From the NCBI GenBank assembly GCA_965224085.1, contig CBDCYI010000009.1, positions 268,057 through 332,056 of the forward strand: a stretch of DNA of 64,000 nt. The letters are read 5' to 3'. The DNA is from Candidatus Marinacidobacterales bacterium. GTDB taxonomy: Bacteria > Acidobacteriota > Vicinamibacteria > Marinacidobacterales > SMYC01. A program made the position numbers and the translations under genes. Below are positions 55,620 through 64,000 of the stretch, one piece after another (positions within the stretch are counted from its first letter, which is position 1; each line of letters starts with the position of its first letter). The notes under the pieces are model-generated. The model worked only from the letters and a program-made list of their open reading frames with translations. It was not told the origin of the DNA and made no database searches.

Positions 55620-57905
55620 ATGAAGATCGCTTGCATTGGAGGCGGACCTGGCGGTCTCTACTTCGCGATTTCGGCCAAGCGCCGGAATCCCGCCCATGAA
55701 ATCCACGTCTACGAGCGCAACCGCCCGGACGATACCTTCGGTTGGGGGGTCGTCTTCTCCGACCAAACCCTAGAAAATCTCCGCGACAACGACACGATCT
55801 CCGCGGAACGCATTTTCTCTGCGTTCCACCACTGGGACAACATCGACATTCACTTCAAAGGCGAGCGCATCCGCTCTGGCGGCCATGGTTTTGCGGGCTT
55901 GTCCCGCAAGAAGATGCTTCTCATCTTGCAGGAGCGCGCGCGAGAGCTCGGTGTCCACCTCCACTTCCAGATGGAGGTGAATTCTCTAGCCGATGTCGGC
56001 GAGCACGACTTGTTCATCGCTTGCGATGGGCTCAACAGCAAAATCCGCGAGGAATATGCTGAGCATTTCGAGCCAGATATCGAACTGCGCAAGAACAAGT
56101 TTATCTGGCTCGGGACGCACAAGACCCTCGATGCGTTCACGTTCATCTTCGAGAAAACGGAGCACGGCTGGGTTCAAGTGCACGGCTATCGCTTCGACGA
56201 CGACACGAGTACCTTCATCATCGAGTGCACGGAGGAAACGTGGCGTGCTCTCGGGATCGACAAGATGTCGAAACCCGAGAGCAACCGCTTCTGCGAGAAG
56301 CTCTTCGCGGACTACCTCGACGGTCACGAGCTCATGGACAACGCGGCTCATTTGCCAGGCACTGCGTGGCTCACCTTTCCCCGCGTGAGCAACCGCAAGT
56401 GGTACCACGAGAACATCGTCCTTCTTGGGGATTCGGCTCATACAGCGCATTTTTCAATTGGCTCGGGCACGAAGCTCGCTCTCGAGGACGCGATCGAGCT
56501 CGCTGACCAGGTCGAGAGGCACGACGTGCTTCAGGACGCGCTCGAGGGCTACCAGAAAGCGCGCGAGCTCGACGTGCTCCGGCTCCAGAGTGCAGCGCGC
56601 AACAGCACCGAGTGGTTCGAGAACGTCGACCGTTACGCGCAGCTAGAGCCGCAACAGTTCGCCTACGCCCTTCTCACGCGAAGCCAGCGCGTGAGCCACG
56701 ACAGCCTTCGCGCCCGCGACGCTCGGTGGATGGATCGTTTCGAGAGTTGGTTTGCGGAGAAAAGCGGCATCTCGACGGACGGACGCCTTATCCCGCCCAT
56801 GTTCACTCCCTTCCGTTTGCGCGAGCTCACCATCGAGAACCGGGTCGTCGTTTCTCCTATGTGTATGTACAGCGCCGAAGACGGAGCGCCGTCCGATTTC
56901 CATCTCGTGCATCTGGGCGCGCGCGCCTTAGGCGGCGCCGGCCTCATCTATACAGAGATGACGAATGTCACTCGGGACGCGCGAATCAGCCCCGGCTGCA
57001 CCGGTATGTATAAACTGGAGCACCTCGCTCAGTGGAAGCGCATCGTCGACATGGTGCATGACCATTCGAACGCCAAGATCGCGATGCAGCTCGGCCATGC
57101 CGGCCCCAAAGGCTCCACGAAGCTGATGTGGGACGGGATGGACGAGCCGCTCGACGAGGGAAACTGGCCGATCCTAGGTCCGTCGGCCACGCCGTATTCG
57201 AAAATCAATCAAGTCCCGAAAGCGATGACTCGCGACGATATGGACCGCGTGATTTCGGAGTTCGAGAGCGCGACCCGGATGGCCGAAGAGGCCGGGTTCG
57301 ACCTTCTGGAGATCCACGCGGCTCATGGCTATCTTTTGTCCGCGTTCATCACGCCGCTGTCGAACCGCCGCACGGACGCCTATGGCGGTGAGCTCACGAA
57401 GCGGCTGCGCTTCCCTCTCGAAGTGATCGCGGCGTGCCGCAAGGCGTGGCCAGCGAGAAAGCCGCTCTCGGTGCGCATCTCGGCGACCGATTGGGTGGAT
57501 GGCGGTATCACGGCCGACGATGGTGTCGAGATCGCACGCGCCTTGAAAGCGGAGGCCGTCGACATCGTCAATGTTTCGGCTGGTCAGACGAGCCGGGACG
57601 CTCAGCCGGTATACGGGCGTATGTCCCAGACGCCGTTCAGCGACAGAATACGCAACGAAGCCCACATTCCTACTCTCGCGGTTGGTAATATCTTCGAGCC
57701 GGACCACGTGAACAGCATCATCGGCGCCGGCCGCGCCGACCTTTGCTGCCTCGCCCGTCCGCATCTGGCCGACCCCTACTGGACGCTCCGCGCCGCGGCG
57801 CAACAAAAGGTGGACTGGGTCAAATGGCCAAAACAGTATACAGCCGGAAAAGAACAGCTCGAGCGTAACCTTGAGAAAACGCTCGGCATGGTCATCGACA
57901 TATGA
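55620..57905 (+). CDS. Bifunctional FAD-dependent aryl-CoA monooxygenase / Old-Yellow-Enzyme-type reductase fusion (2-aminobenzoyl-CoA monooxygenase-reductase / salicylyl-CoA 5-hydroxylase family)
   Basis: N-terminal FAD fold [17 protein letters not shown] and the monooxygenase DG/GD motifs ([12 protein letters not shown]; [17 protein letters not shown]). C-terminal OYE/FMN TIM barrel ([13 protein letters not shown]; [25 protein letters not shown]). 761 aa. Confidence 0.75.
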   Translation: MKIACIGGGPGGLYFAISAKRRNPAHEIHVYERNRPDDTFGWGVVFSDQTLENLRDNDTISAERIFSAFHHWDNIDIHFKGERIRSGGHGFAGLSRKKMLLILQERARELGVHLHFQMEVNSLADVGEHDLFIACDGLNSKIREEYAEHFEPDIELRKNKFIWLGTHKTLDAFTFIFEKTEHGWVQVHGYRFDDDTSTFIIECTEETWRALGIDKMSKPESNRFCEKLFADYLDGHELMDNAAHLPGTAWLTFPRVSNRKWYHENIVLLGDSAHTAHFSIGSGTKLALEDAIELADQVERHDVLQDALEGYQKARELDVLRLQSAARNSTEWFENVDRYAQLEPQQFAYALLTRSQRVSHDSLRARDARWMDRFESWFAEKSGISTDGRLIPPMFTPFRLRELTIENRVVVSPMCMYSAEDGAPSDFHLVHLGARALGGAGLIYTEMTNVTRDARISPGCTGMYKLEHLAQWKRIVDMVHDHSNAKIAMQLGHAGPKGSTKLMWDGMDEPLDEGNWPILGPSATPYSKINQVPKAMTRDDMDRVISEFESATRMAEEAGFDLLEIHAAHGYLLSAFITPLSNRRTDAYGGELTKRLRFPLEVIAACRKAWPARKPLSVRISATDWVDGGITADDGVEIARALKAEAVDIVNVSAGQTSRDAQPVYGRMSQTPFSDRIRNEAHIPTLAVGNIFEPDHVNSIIGAGRADLCCLARPHLADPYWTLRAAAQQKVDWVKWPKQYTAGKEQLERNLEKTLGMVIDI

Positions 57906-57921
57906 GCGGAGCGACGACACC

Positions 57922-58731
57922 ATGAAGCTTTCCGAGCACAAGCCGAAGCATTTTCTTTGGAGCATGGACGGCGCCGTCGCTACGCTTATGCTCAACCGCC
58001 CCGAGCGCAAGAACCCATTGACTTTCGACGCCTATATCGAGATTAGGGATATCTTCCGAAACCTCGTCGACGCGGAAGACGTGGACGCGGTGGTCATCAC
58101 CGGAGCCGGAGACAACTTCTGTTCCGGAGGAGACGTGCACGAGATCATCGGCCCGCTCACGAAGATGGACATGAAGGGTCTCTTGCGTTTCACCCGACTG
58201 ACCGGCGATCTCGTCAAAGCGATACGCGGCTGCCCTCAGCCTGTTATCTCCGCAATACAAGGCATCTGCGTGGGAGCTGGCGCCATCATTGCGATGGCCT
58301 CCGACATGCGACTCGCGACGCCGGAAAGCAAGACGGCCTTCTTGTTCACGAAAGTCGGCCTTGCGGGATGCGATATGGGGGCGTGCGCGATCCTTCCGCG
58401 GATCATCGGACAAGGCCGCGCGTCGGAGCTTCTCTTAACCGGCCGAAACATGAGCGCCGACGAAGGTGAGCGCTGGGGCTTCTACAACCGCCTCGCTGCA
58501 CCGGGCGAGCTTTTGAGCGAAGCCCAGGCGCTGGCGGCAAAGCTCGCCGCGGGGCCGAACTTCGCTCACATGATGACGAAGACCCAGCTCGACAAAGAAT
58601 GGGCGATGACCCTCGACGCTGCTATCGAGGCGGAAGCCCAAGCACAGGCGATTTGCATGCAGACGCGGGATTTCGAGCGCGCCTACGAGGCTTTTGCGGC
58701 TAGACAGAAACCGGTTTTCGAAGGGGACTGA
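57922..58731 (+). CDS. Enoyl-CoA hydratase/isomerase (crotonase) family protein
   Basis: Crotonase fold motifs ([14 protein letters not shown]; [16 protein letters not shown]; [18 protein letters not shown]). Start taken at MKLSEHKP, after the upstream gene's stop. Confidence 0.7.
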   Translation: MKLSEHKPKHFLWSMDGAVATLMLNRPERKNPLTFDAYIEIRDIFRNLVDAEDVDAVVITGAGDNFCSGGDVHEIIGPLTKMDMKGLLRFTRLTGDLVKAIRGCPQPVISAIQGICVGAGAIIAMASDMRLATPESKTAFLFTKVGLAGCDMGACAILPRIIGQGRASELLLTGRNMSADEGERWGFYNRLAAPGELLSEAQALAAKLAAGPNFAHMMTKTQLDKEWAMTLDAAIEAEAQAQAICMQTRDFERAYEAFAARQKPVFEGD

Positions 58732-59079
58732 AGTTGCGGCCCGATTTCCTGGCTTGGCCGTTTTTCGAGGACCGGCACCGATATGCTCACCGCGATCGAC
58801 GCGGCCGCACTTCTCGTCTATCGCGCCGCATGGACGAAGGACCAAGGCGCTGAGCGCGTCACCAAGGAATCTGCGATGGCCAAGATGTACGGAACTGAAG
58901 CGGCGCAGCGAGTCGTCGATGACGCCGTGCAGCTCTTCGGCGCCGAGGGCGTCGTCAAAGGAAGCGTCGTCGAACGCCTCTACCGCGAAGTCCGCGCACT
59001 CCGGATATACGAAGGCACGACCGAGATTCAAAAGCTCATCCTTGCACGACATATCCGCCAGGAATACGAGAATGCGTGA
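58732..59079 (+). pseudogene. Acyl-CoA dehydrogenase C-terminal-domain remnant (about 100 aa), no N-terminal or middle domain
   Basis: Same frame as the crotonase, open directly after its stop. [16 protein letters not shown]...[59 protein letters not shown] matches the ACAD C-terminal helical domain only; stop overlaps the ligase ATG (ATGA). Confidence 0.45.
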
Positions 59080-60706
59080 GGCACCTACTGGCAAGACGGC
59101 GCATGTCGATACGTTTGTTCGCGATCGTTTACCCAAGCCGGAGCACTGGCCGACGCTTCTCTACGATTTGTCCGTGCTCGACTACGCCCCCCAGACGAAC
59201 GTCGTCACCGAGCTTCTCGACAGCCAAGTCGCTGCGGGCCGCGGGGGCCGACCCGTGCTGCGGATGGAGTCCGGGGATTGGACCTATGCGGAGCTCAGAG
59301 ACAAAGCAAATCGCCTCGCGCGGGTGTTGACGGAAGATTTCGGCCTCGTTCCGGGCGGACGGGTTCTGCTGCGGGCGCCCAACAACCCGATGATGGTCGC
59401 CTGCTGGATGGCCGTGGCGAAAGCGGGCGGCGTCGTCGTCGCCACCATGCCTCTTTTGAGGAGCCGCGAGCTCAGCGTCATTGCCAACAAAGCCAATGTA
59501 GAGCTTGCTCTTTGCGACGAGCGCCTAATGGAGGAGATGGAGTCCGCTTACGAAAGCGACTGCCCTTTGGAAATGCTACTCACGTTCGAAGATGCCGAGC
59601 GCCTCGCGGACGCGAAGCCTGCTGAGTTCGAAAACGTCGCGACGGCCATCGACGATCCCGTGCTCATCGCCTTTACGTCGGGCACGACCGGCGTCCCGAA
59701 AGGCTGCGTCCACTTTCACCGGGACCTCTTGGCCTCCGCGGACACTTTTTTCAAGGGGACGCTCCCTTGCGACGCCACCGACGTTTTCACTGGCTCACCG
59801 CCGGTGGCGTTCACATTCGGGCTCGGGATGCACGCCGTCTTTCCGATGCGCGCGGGCGCGAGCACCGCGCTCGTTGAGAAACCGACCCCCGAAGCCATTC
59901 TCGAAGCTTGCCAGCGGCACGGCATCACGGTGCTCTCGACCGCGCCCACGGCCTATCGCGCCATGACGCCGCTCGTCGAACGCTACGACGTCTCGTCCCT
60001 CCGGCACTGCATCTCCGCCGGCGAGACCCTTCCCCTGCCCACGGCCGAAGCGTGGCGCGAAGCGACGGGGCTTCGCATCATCGACGGCATCGGCGCCACC
60101 GAAATGTTCCACATCTTCATCAGCGCAGCGGGAGAAGACATCCGCCCCGGCGCCACTGGAAAGCCCGTCTGCGGCTACGAGGCGAAAGTCTTCGACGACG
60201 AGATGAATGAAGTGCCGCCGGACACCGTGGGACGGCTTGCCGTGCGCGGTCCCACAGGCTGCCGCTACTTGGACGACGAGCGCCAAACGAGCTATGTCCG
60301 GAATGGCTGGAATTTTAGTGGCGACGCCTACCTCGTCGACGAAGACGGCTATTTCTGGTTTCAGGCGCGCGCGGACGACATGATCATCTCCGCCGGCTAC
60401 AACATCTCCAGACCCGAGGTCGAGGAAGCTCTTCTCGCGCACGAGACCGTCGCCGATTGTGCCTGCGTCGCATCCCCTGATGACGAGCGCGGAAGTATCG
60501 TGAAAGCTTTCGTCGTCCTGAACCCATCGCGAAAGGGCGATGCCGCGCTGGCCGCGACGCTTCAAAGCTTCGTCAAAGAGCGCATCGCACCCTACAAGTA
60601 TCCGCGCGCGATTACGTTCGTCGACGCGCTCCCGCGAACGGAGACAGGAAAAGTGCAACGTTTCAAGCTCCGCCAAGCGGAGCTAAAACAAAAGAAGGAG
60701 TCATGA
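59076..60706 (+). CDS. Aryl-CoA ligase (AMP-forming; benzoate/2-aminobenzoate-CoA ligase family)
   Basis: N-terminus [17 protein letters not shown] typical of the benzoate-CoA ligase family; AMP-binding motifs [15 protein letters not shown]-like GIGATE, and C-terminal [10 protein letters not shown]. Confidence 0.7.
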
Positions 60707-61104
60707 CCGAGCACCGGTCCTTGACGCCTCCCGGATGGTCGCGTGGCAAAGGCTACTCCCACGGCGTCGTCGCCGAAGGTCGGATGGTGCTCGTCTCCGG
60801 CCAAGTGGGCTGGGACGAGAACGAGAGCTTAGCCAGCTCGGACTTTACGGCTCAGTTGCGACAGGCGCTCTTGAACACGAAGGCGATCCTTGCCGAAGCC
60901 GGCGCCGGCCCAGAGCACGTTGTCCGCATGACGTGGTTCATCGTGGACAAGCAGGAATATCTCTCGAGCCTCAAAGAAGTCGGCGCGGCCTACCGTGAGG
61001 TGATGGGCAAGAACTATCCCGCCATGGCGGTCGTCGAGGTCAAAGGCTTGGTCGAGGACGGTGCGCGCCTGGAGATCGAAACGACCGCGGTCATCACGAA
61101 ATAG
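60703..61104 (+). CDS. ridA: RidA/YjgF-family reactive-intermediate deaminase
   Basis: 133 aa, characteristic RidA pattern (VSGQVGWD...; ARLEIETTAVI); start overlaps the ligase stop (ATGA). Confidence 0.7.
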   Translation: MTEHRSLTPPGWSRGKGYSHGVVAEGRMVLVSGQVGWDENESLASSDFTAQLRQALLNTKAILAEAGAGPEHVVRMTWFIVDKQEYLSSLKEVGAAYREVMGKNYPAMAVVEVKGLVEDGARLEIETTAVITK

Positions 61105-61121
61105 CGGCGTCCGTTTAGGCG

Positions 61122-62478
61122 TCAGCGCTTCCAATCCGGAGCGATCAGTCGGCGCTTGCCGCGCGCCTCGCGGTCCCAAAGCTTGCACGTAACCCGCTTG
61201 TGTTTCTGGTCGAGAGCCTCGCAGTAGTTGGTGAACTTACAGCGGCGGACCGTCTCCCCCCGCCCCATGAGCACCTTTAGAAACCAATCCGGATCCGCGA
61301 GGGATTGGCGCGCAGCGGCCACGATGTCGGCTTCTCTCTGCTCCAGAATCCGCTCGGCGAGCTCGAAGGTCCCGATGCCTCCCGAAGTCACGATGGGCGT
61401 CGTTAGGCCGGCCTCCGTGAGTGCTGCTTTGATCGTCGCGGCGAGAGATACATTGCGTCCGAACGGACCTGTCGCGTCGGAGTACACCGTCGGCATGCAT
61501 TCGTAGCCGCTGCGACCTGTGTACGGATAGACGGCCCAACCGACCGCAGGCTGCTTCGCGTCCTCGAACTTCCCTCCTTTGGAGACCGAGATGTAATCCA
61601 TCCCGGCGCGTCCGAGCTCGAGAGCAAAATACGTCGCGTCATCGAGCTCACTCCCTCCTTCGATAACTTCGTCGCCGAGGATGCGGCATCCGACGACGTA
61701 TGCGTCACCGACGCGCTGACGCACGGCCTCATAGGCTTCAACCGGAAGGCGGATGCGATGCTCACGCGATCCGCCGTATCCGTCGTCGCGGCGATTTTGC
61801 TTCGAGAGGAACGACGCCATCGTGTAAGCATGGGCGTAGTGCAGCTCGACACCGTCGAACCCCGCTTCGCGGGCTCGCGCCGCGGCGCAAGTCGTCAAGC
61901 TCGCGCGGGGTCAGGGTTTTGTCGAGCTCGTCGTCCGTACAACGCAAAAGTCGATCGCGCAGATCCGACTCCGAGGCGTCTTTCCAGCTTGGGTCTTCGA
62001 GGACTTCGGACAATTTCTCGCGATGCTCTGCGCGAATCTCTAGAAAACGCCGAAAAAACTTCTCCGCCGGTGGCCTTCTTTTGACCGAAAGAAAGTCGAT
62101 GATCTGGATGAAGAGCCGAGTCTGGCCTTCACTCGCGGCCCGGACGGTCTCGACAAGCTCGCGCAATCCAGGAACAAAGCGATCGTGTCCGATCCGGAGG
62201 AGCGGCCCGCTTCGGATATCGCGGATACCCGTCGCCTCGACAACGATCGCACCCGGTTGGCCGCGCGCAAACCGCTCGTACCAGTCGAGGACCTCTCGAG
62301 TAACGAAGCCTTCCTCGGTCGCCCGCCAGGGCACCATGGCGGGCACCCATGTCCGATGACGGAGTTCGTTCGGTCCGATACGGATGGAGCTGAATAGCGC
62401 CGCACCACGGGCTTCGTCCGCGCTCGGCCACGTCGTCTCGGGTAGTGGATGGCGGATGCGCTCGGGCGGTGTCCACAT
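61122..62478 (-). pseudogene. Old Yellow Enzyme-family NADH:flavin oxidoreductase interrupted by a frameshift
   Basis: N-part (62478..61762; WTPPERIRHPL...AMVPWRATEEGFVTREVLDWYERFARGQPGAIVVEATGI) and C-part (61898..61122; AREAGFDGVELHYAHAYTMASFLSKQNRRDDGYGGS...) are both OYE-like but in different frames. The junction lies in the GC-rich run GCGCCGCGGCGCAAG near 61870-61900. Confidence 0.5.
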
Positions 62479-62489
62479 GGTGTGTGCCC

Positions 62490-62813
62490 AAAGTGTACTA
62501 TGTCGCGGGCCCAGTTCACGGGTTCGTCGACATCGCGAGCCAGTTGCAGTCGCTGAAGTACATTCTGGATATCGGCGTCGACCGGATCCAAGCACACGCT
62601 ACTCCTATGGTGGAGCGGCTGCGGCTCGAGATGCCAGCGCTCGGGTACCCGACGATCACACCACCGGCGATGGGCACCCCGCTCGTCGCCTTCCAGGCCC
62701 CGAACCCCGAAGCGCTTCTGGCCAAGCTTCAATCCAAAGTAGATATTCTCCACAGACGAATCTTATCAGCCGCTTTTCGGATGCCCAAGCTTTCGTCATC
62801 GCTCGACTGTTGA
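62490..62813 (+). pseudogene. Class V aminotransferase-fold C-terminal remnant
   Basis: IGVDRIQAHATPMVERLRLEMPALGYPTITPP...PLVAFQAPNPEALLAKLQSKVDI resembles the C-terminal small domain of class V PLP enzymes; no upstream catalytic domain (the region upstream belongs to the OYE gene on the other strand). Confidence 0.3.
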
Positions 62814-62921
62814 ACCGCTACCCTATCGCCGCCGCGAAAAAGGAGCACGTGTTGAGCCATCGGCTGTCCGTGCTCGTCAACATTGGCATTATCGCGGCGA
62901 TTTCGCTAAATTGCGCCAGCC

Positions 62922-64000
62922 ATGTCGACCGGTCTCGTTCTCTTCGGTCTCTATCTCGCGATCATGGTGGGGGTCGGAATCGTCTCGGCGCGCCATCAGA
63001 AGACGTCCGCCGATTTCTGGGTCGCGAACCGGAGCATCGGCCTCTCCGTTCTCGTCATGGCCAATATGGCGGCCATCATGCACGGCGGGTCCGTTTTGAG
63101 CGGCGTAGCTTTGATGGGCAATATTGGTGGCGTTGCCGGACTCCCCTACCTCGCTTTCGTGGGCGGCATCGCCGTAATCTTCTTCTTTTTCGCGAAGAAG
63201 CTCCGAGGCTCACGAGGCTTCACGCTCCCCGACTACATGGGGGATCGCTTCGGCAGTAACTTCCTTCGCGGCTTCTGCGCCGTGATGGTCGCGGTCTCGA
63301 GCATCATCTATCTCATCGGCCAAATCCGGGTCATGGGTTTCATCCTGGAGCGCCTCCTCGACATCACTTTTTTCTGGGGCATGCTCGTCGGGACCGTCAT
63401 CTTCGTCTTCTACGTTGCGGTTGGAGGCCTTCTTGCAGTTGTGTGGACGAACATCGTGCAATTCGTTTTCATGTGGCTCGGCCTCTTGCTGATGGGGCCC
63501 TACGTCTTCGCGAAAGTCGGCGGGTGGTACGCCGTCATCGACAAAGTCGAAGCGCTTGCGCCGGGATGGACATCACCACAAGGGACCACCTGGAGCTTCA
63601 GCTTTCTCGTCTCGTGGTACATCATCTGGTTCGTCGCCTATTGCACACGGCTCGAGCTCATCACGAAGATGTACGCCGCACGGGACGACAAGGTTGCTCG
63701 GCGCTCGCTGCCGTGGACGATTCTCCTCGTGATGATTTTTCTGCTCTACGGCAACTTCTATATCGGTGGTGCGGCACGCATTCTCGTGTGGGACTCGATC
63801 TCGACGCCCGACCAAGCTTTTCCCGCACTCGTTGCCGCTATTCTACCGCCCGTTCTCGCCGCCTTCGCCCTCACGGGCATCGCGAGCGCTGCAATGTCCA
63901 CGACAGATTCGCTTCTTCTGATGTCGGGCGCCGCCGTCGCTCATGATCTGCTGCGCAAGTGCATCCACGAGCCCCGAGGTGTTACGAGAGACGAACGCTA
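62922..64000 (+). CDS. Sodium:solute symporter (SSF) family transporter, 3'-truncated by the window edge
   Basis: ATG 62922 (MSTGLVLFGLYLAIMVGVGIVSARHQKTSADFWVANRSIGL...), frame open to the window end (no stop, so absent from the ORF track); multiple TM helices, SSF N-terminal signature. Confidence 0.6.
   Translation, partial: MSTGLVLFGLYLAIMVGVGIVSARHQKTSADFWVANRSIGLSVLVMANMAAIMHGGSVLSGVALMGNIGGVAGLPYLAFVGGIAVIFFFFAKKLRGSRGFTLPDYMGDRFGSNFLRGFCAVMVAVSSIIYLIGQIRVMGFILERLLDITFFWGMLVGTVIFVFYVAVGGLLAVVWTNIVQFVFMWLGLLLMGPYVFAKVGGWYAVIDKVEALAPGWTSPQGTTWSFSFLVSWYIIWFVAYCTRLELITKMYAARDDKVARRSLPWTILLVMIFLLYGNFYIGGAARILVWDSISTPDQAFPALVAAILPPVLAAFALTGIASAAMSTTDSLLLMSGAAVAHDLLRKCIHEPRGVTRDER

Noticed and set aside
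62384-63259. 291-aa Arg-rich plus-strand ORF overlapping the start of the SSF transporter
   Set aside because: Different frame from the transporter ORF, which has obvious TM helices and the SSF signature; this ORF is Arg/Pro/Ser-rich low complexity.

Overview
High-GC (about 65%) bacterial chromosomal segment, dense with genes on both strands; gene content (MglA-like GTPase, Ser/Thr kinase, PSCyt1-type cytochrome, TonB receptor with carboxypeptidase-regulatory domain) suggests an Acidobacteriota/Gemmatimonadota/Myxococcota-like organism. Most of the window is ordinary housekeeping and transport. Recognisable genes include a partial AddB-like nuclease followed by an AddA-like helicase-nuclease, a Ser/Thr kinase, a B12-binding radical SAM enzyme, transporters, a TonB-dependent receptor, an ECF sigma/anti-sigma pair, leuB, gdhA, and an aryl-CoA hydroxylation cluster (FAD-monooxygenase/OYE fusion, crotonase, aryl-CoA ligase, RidA). 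The standout is an approximately 11-kb same-strand cluster at 30161..42199, preceded by a 700-bp AT-rich noncoding island. It encodes NfeD, a flotillin/SPFH protein, a 1790-aa protein with a C-terminal MoxR/AAA_5-like ATPase domain, a PspA/IM30 (ESCRT-III superfamily) protein, a classic-clade (Vps4/CDC48-like) AAA+ ATPase, a YkgJ-family Cys-cluster protein and a DUF502 membrane protein, with overlapping stop/start junctions. This is a candidate membrane-remodelling/repair system whose full composition I do not recognise as a described unit. A second clear signal is a Bcp/PrxQ peroxiredoxin whose peroxidatic Cys codon is an in-frame TGA (candidate selenoprotein, missed by ORF calling). The window also contains an unusual number of gene remnants and frameshifted genes: an SDR N-terminus, an M20 N-terminus, a chimeric MglA-N/histidine-kinase-C fragment, an ACAD C-terminus, a class-V aminotransferase C-terminus, a frameshifted DinB gene and a frameshifted OYE gene. 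Other features are an 18-bp perfect inverted-repeat element, a perfect 10-bp GC hairpin in the leuB leader, and a possible split peptide-amidating (PHM-like plus PAL-like) gene pair. No rRNA, tRNA or CRISPR array was recognised.
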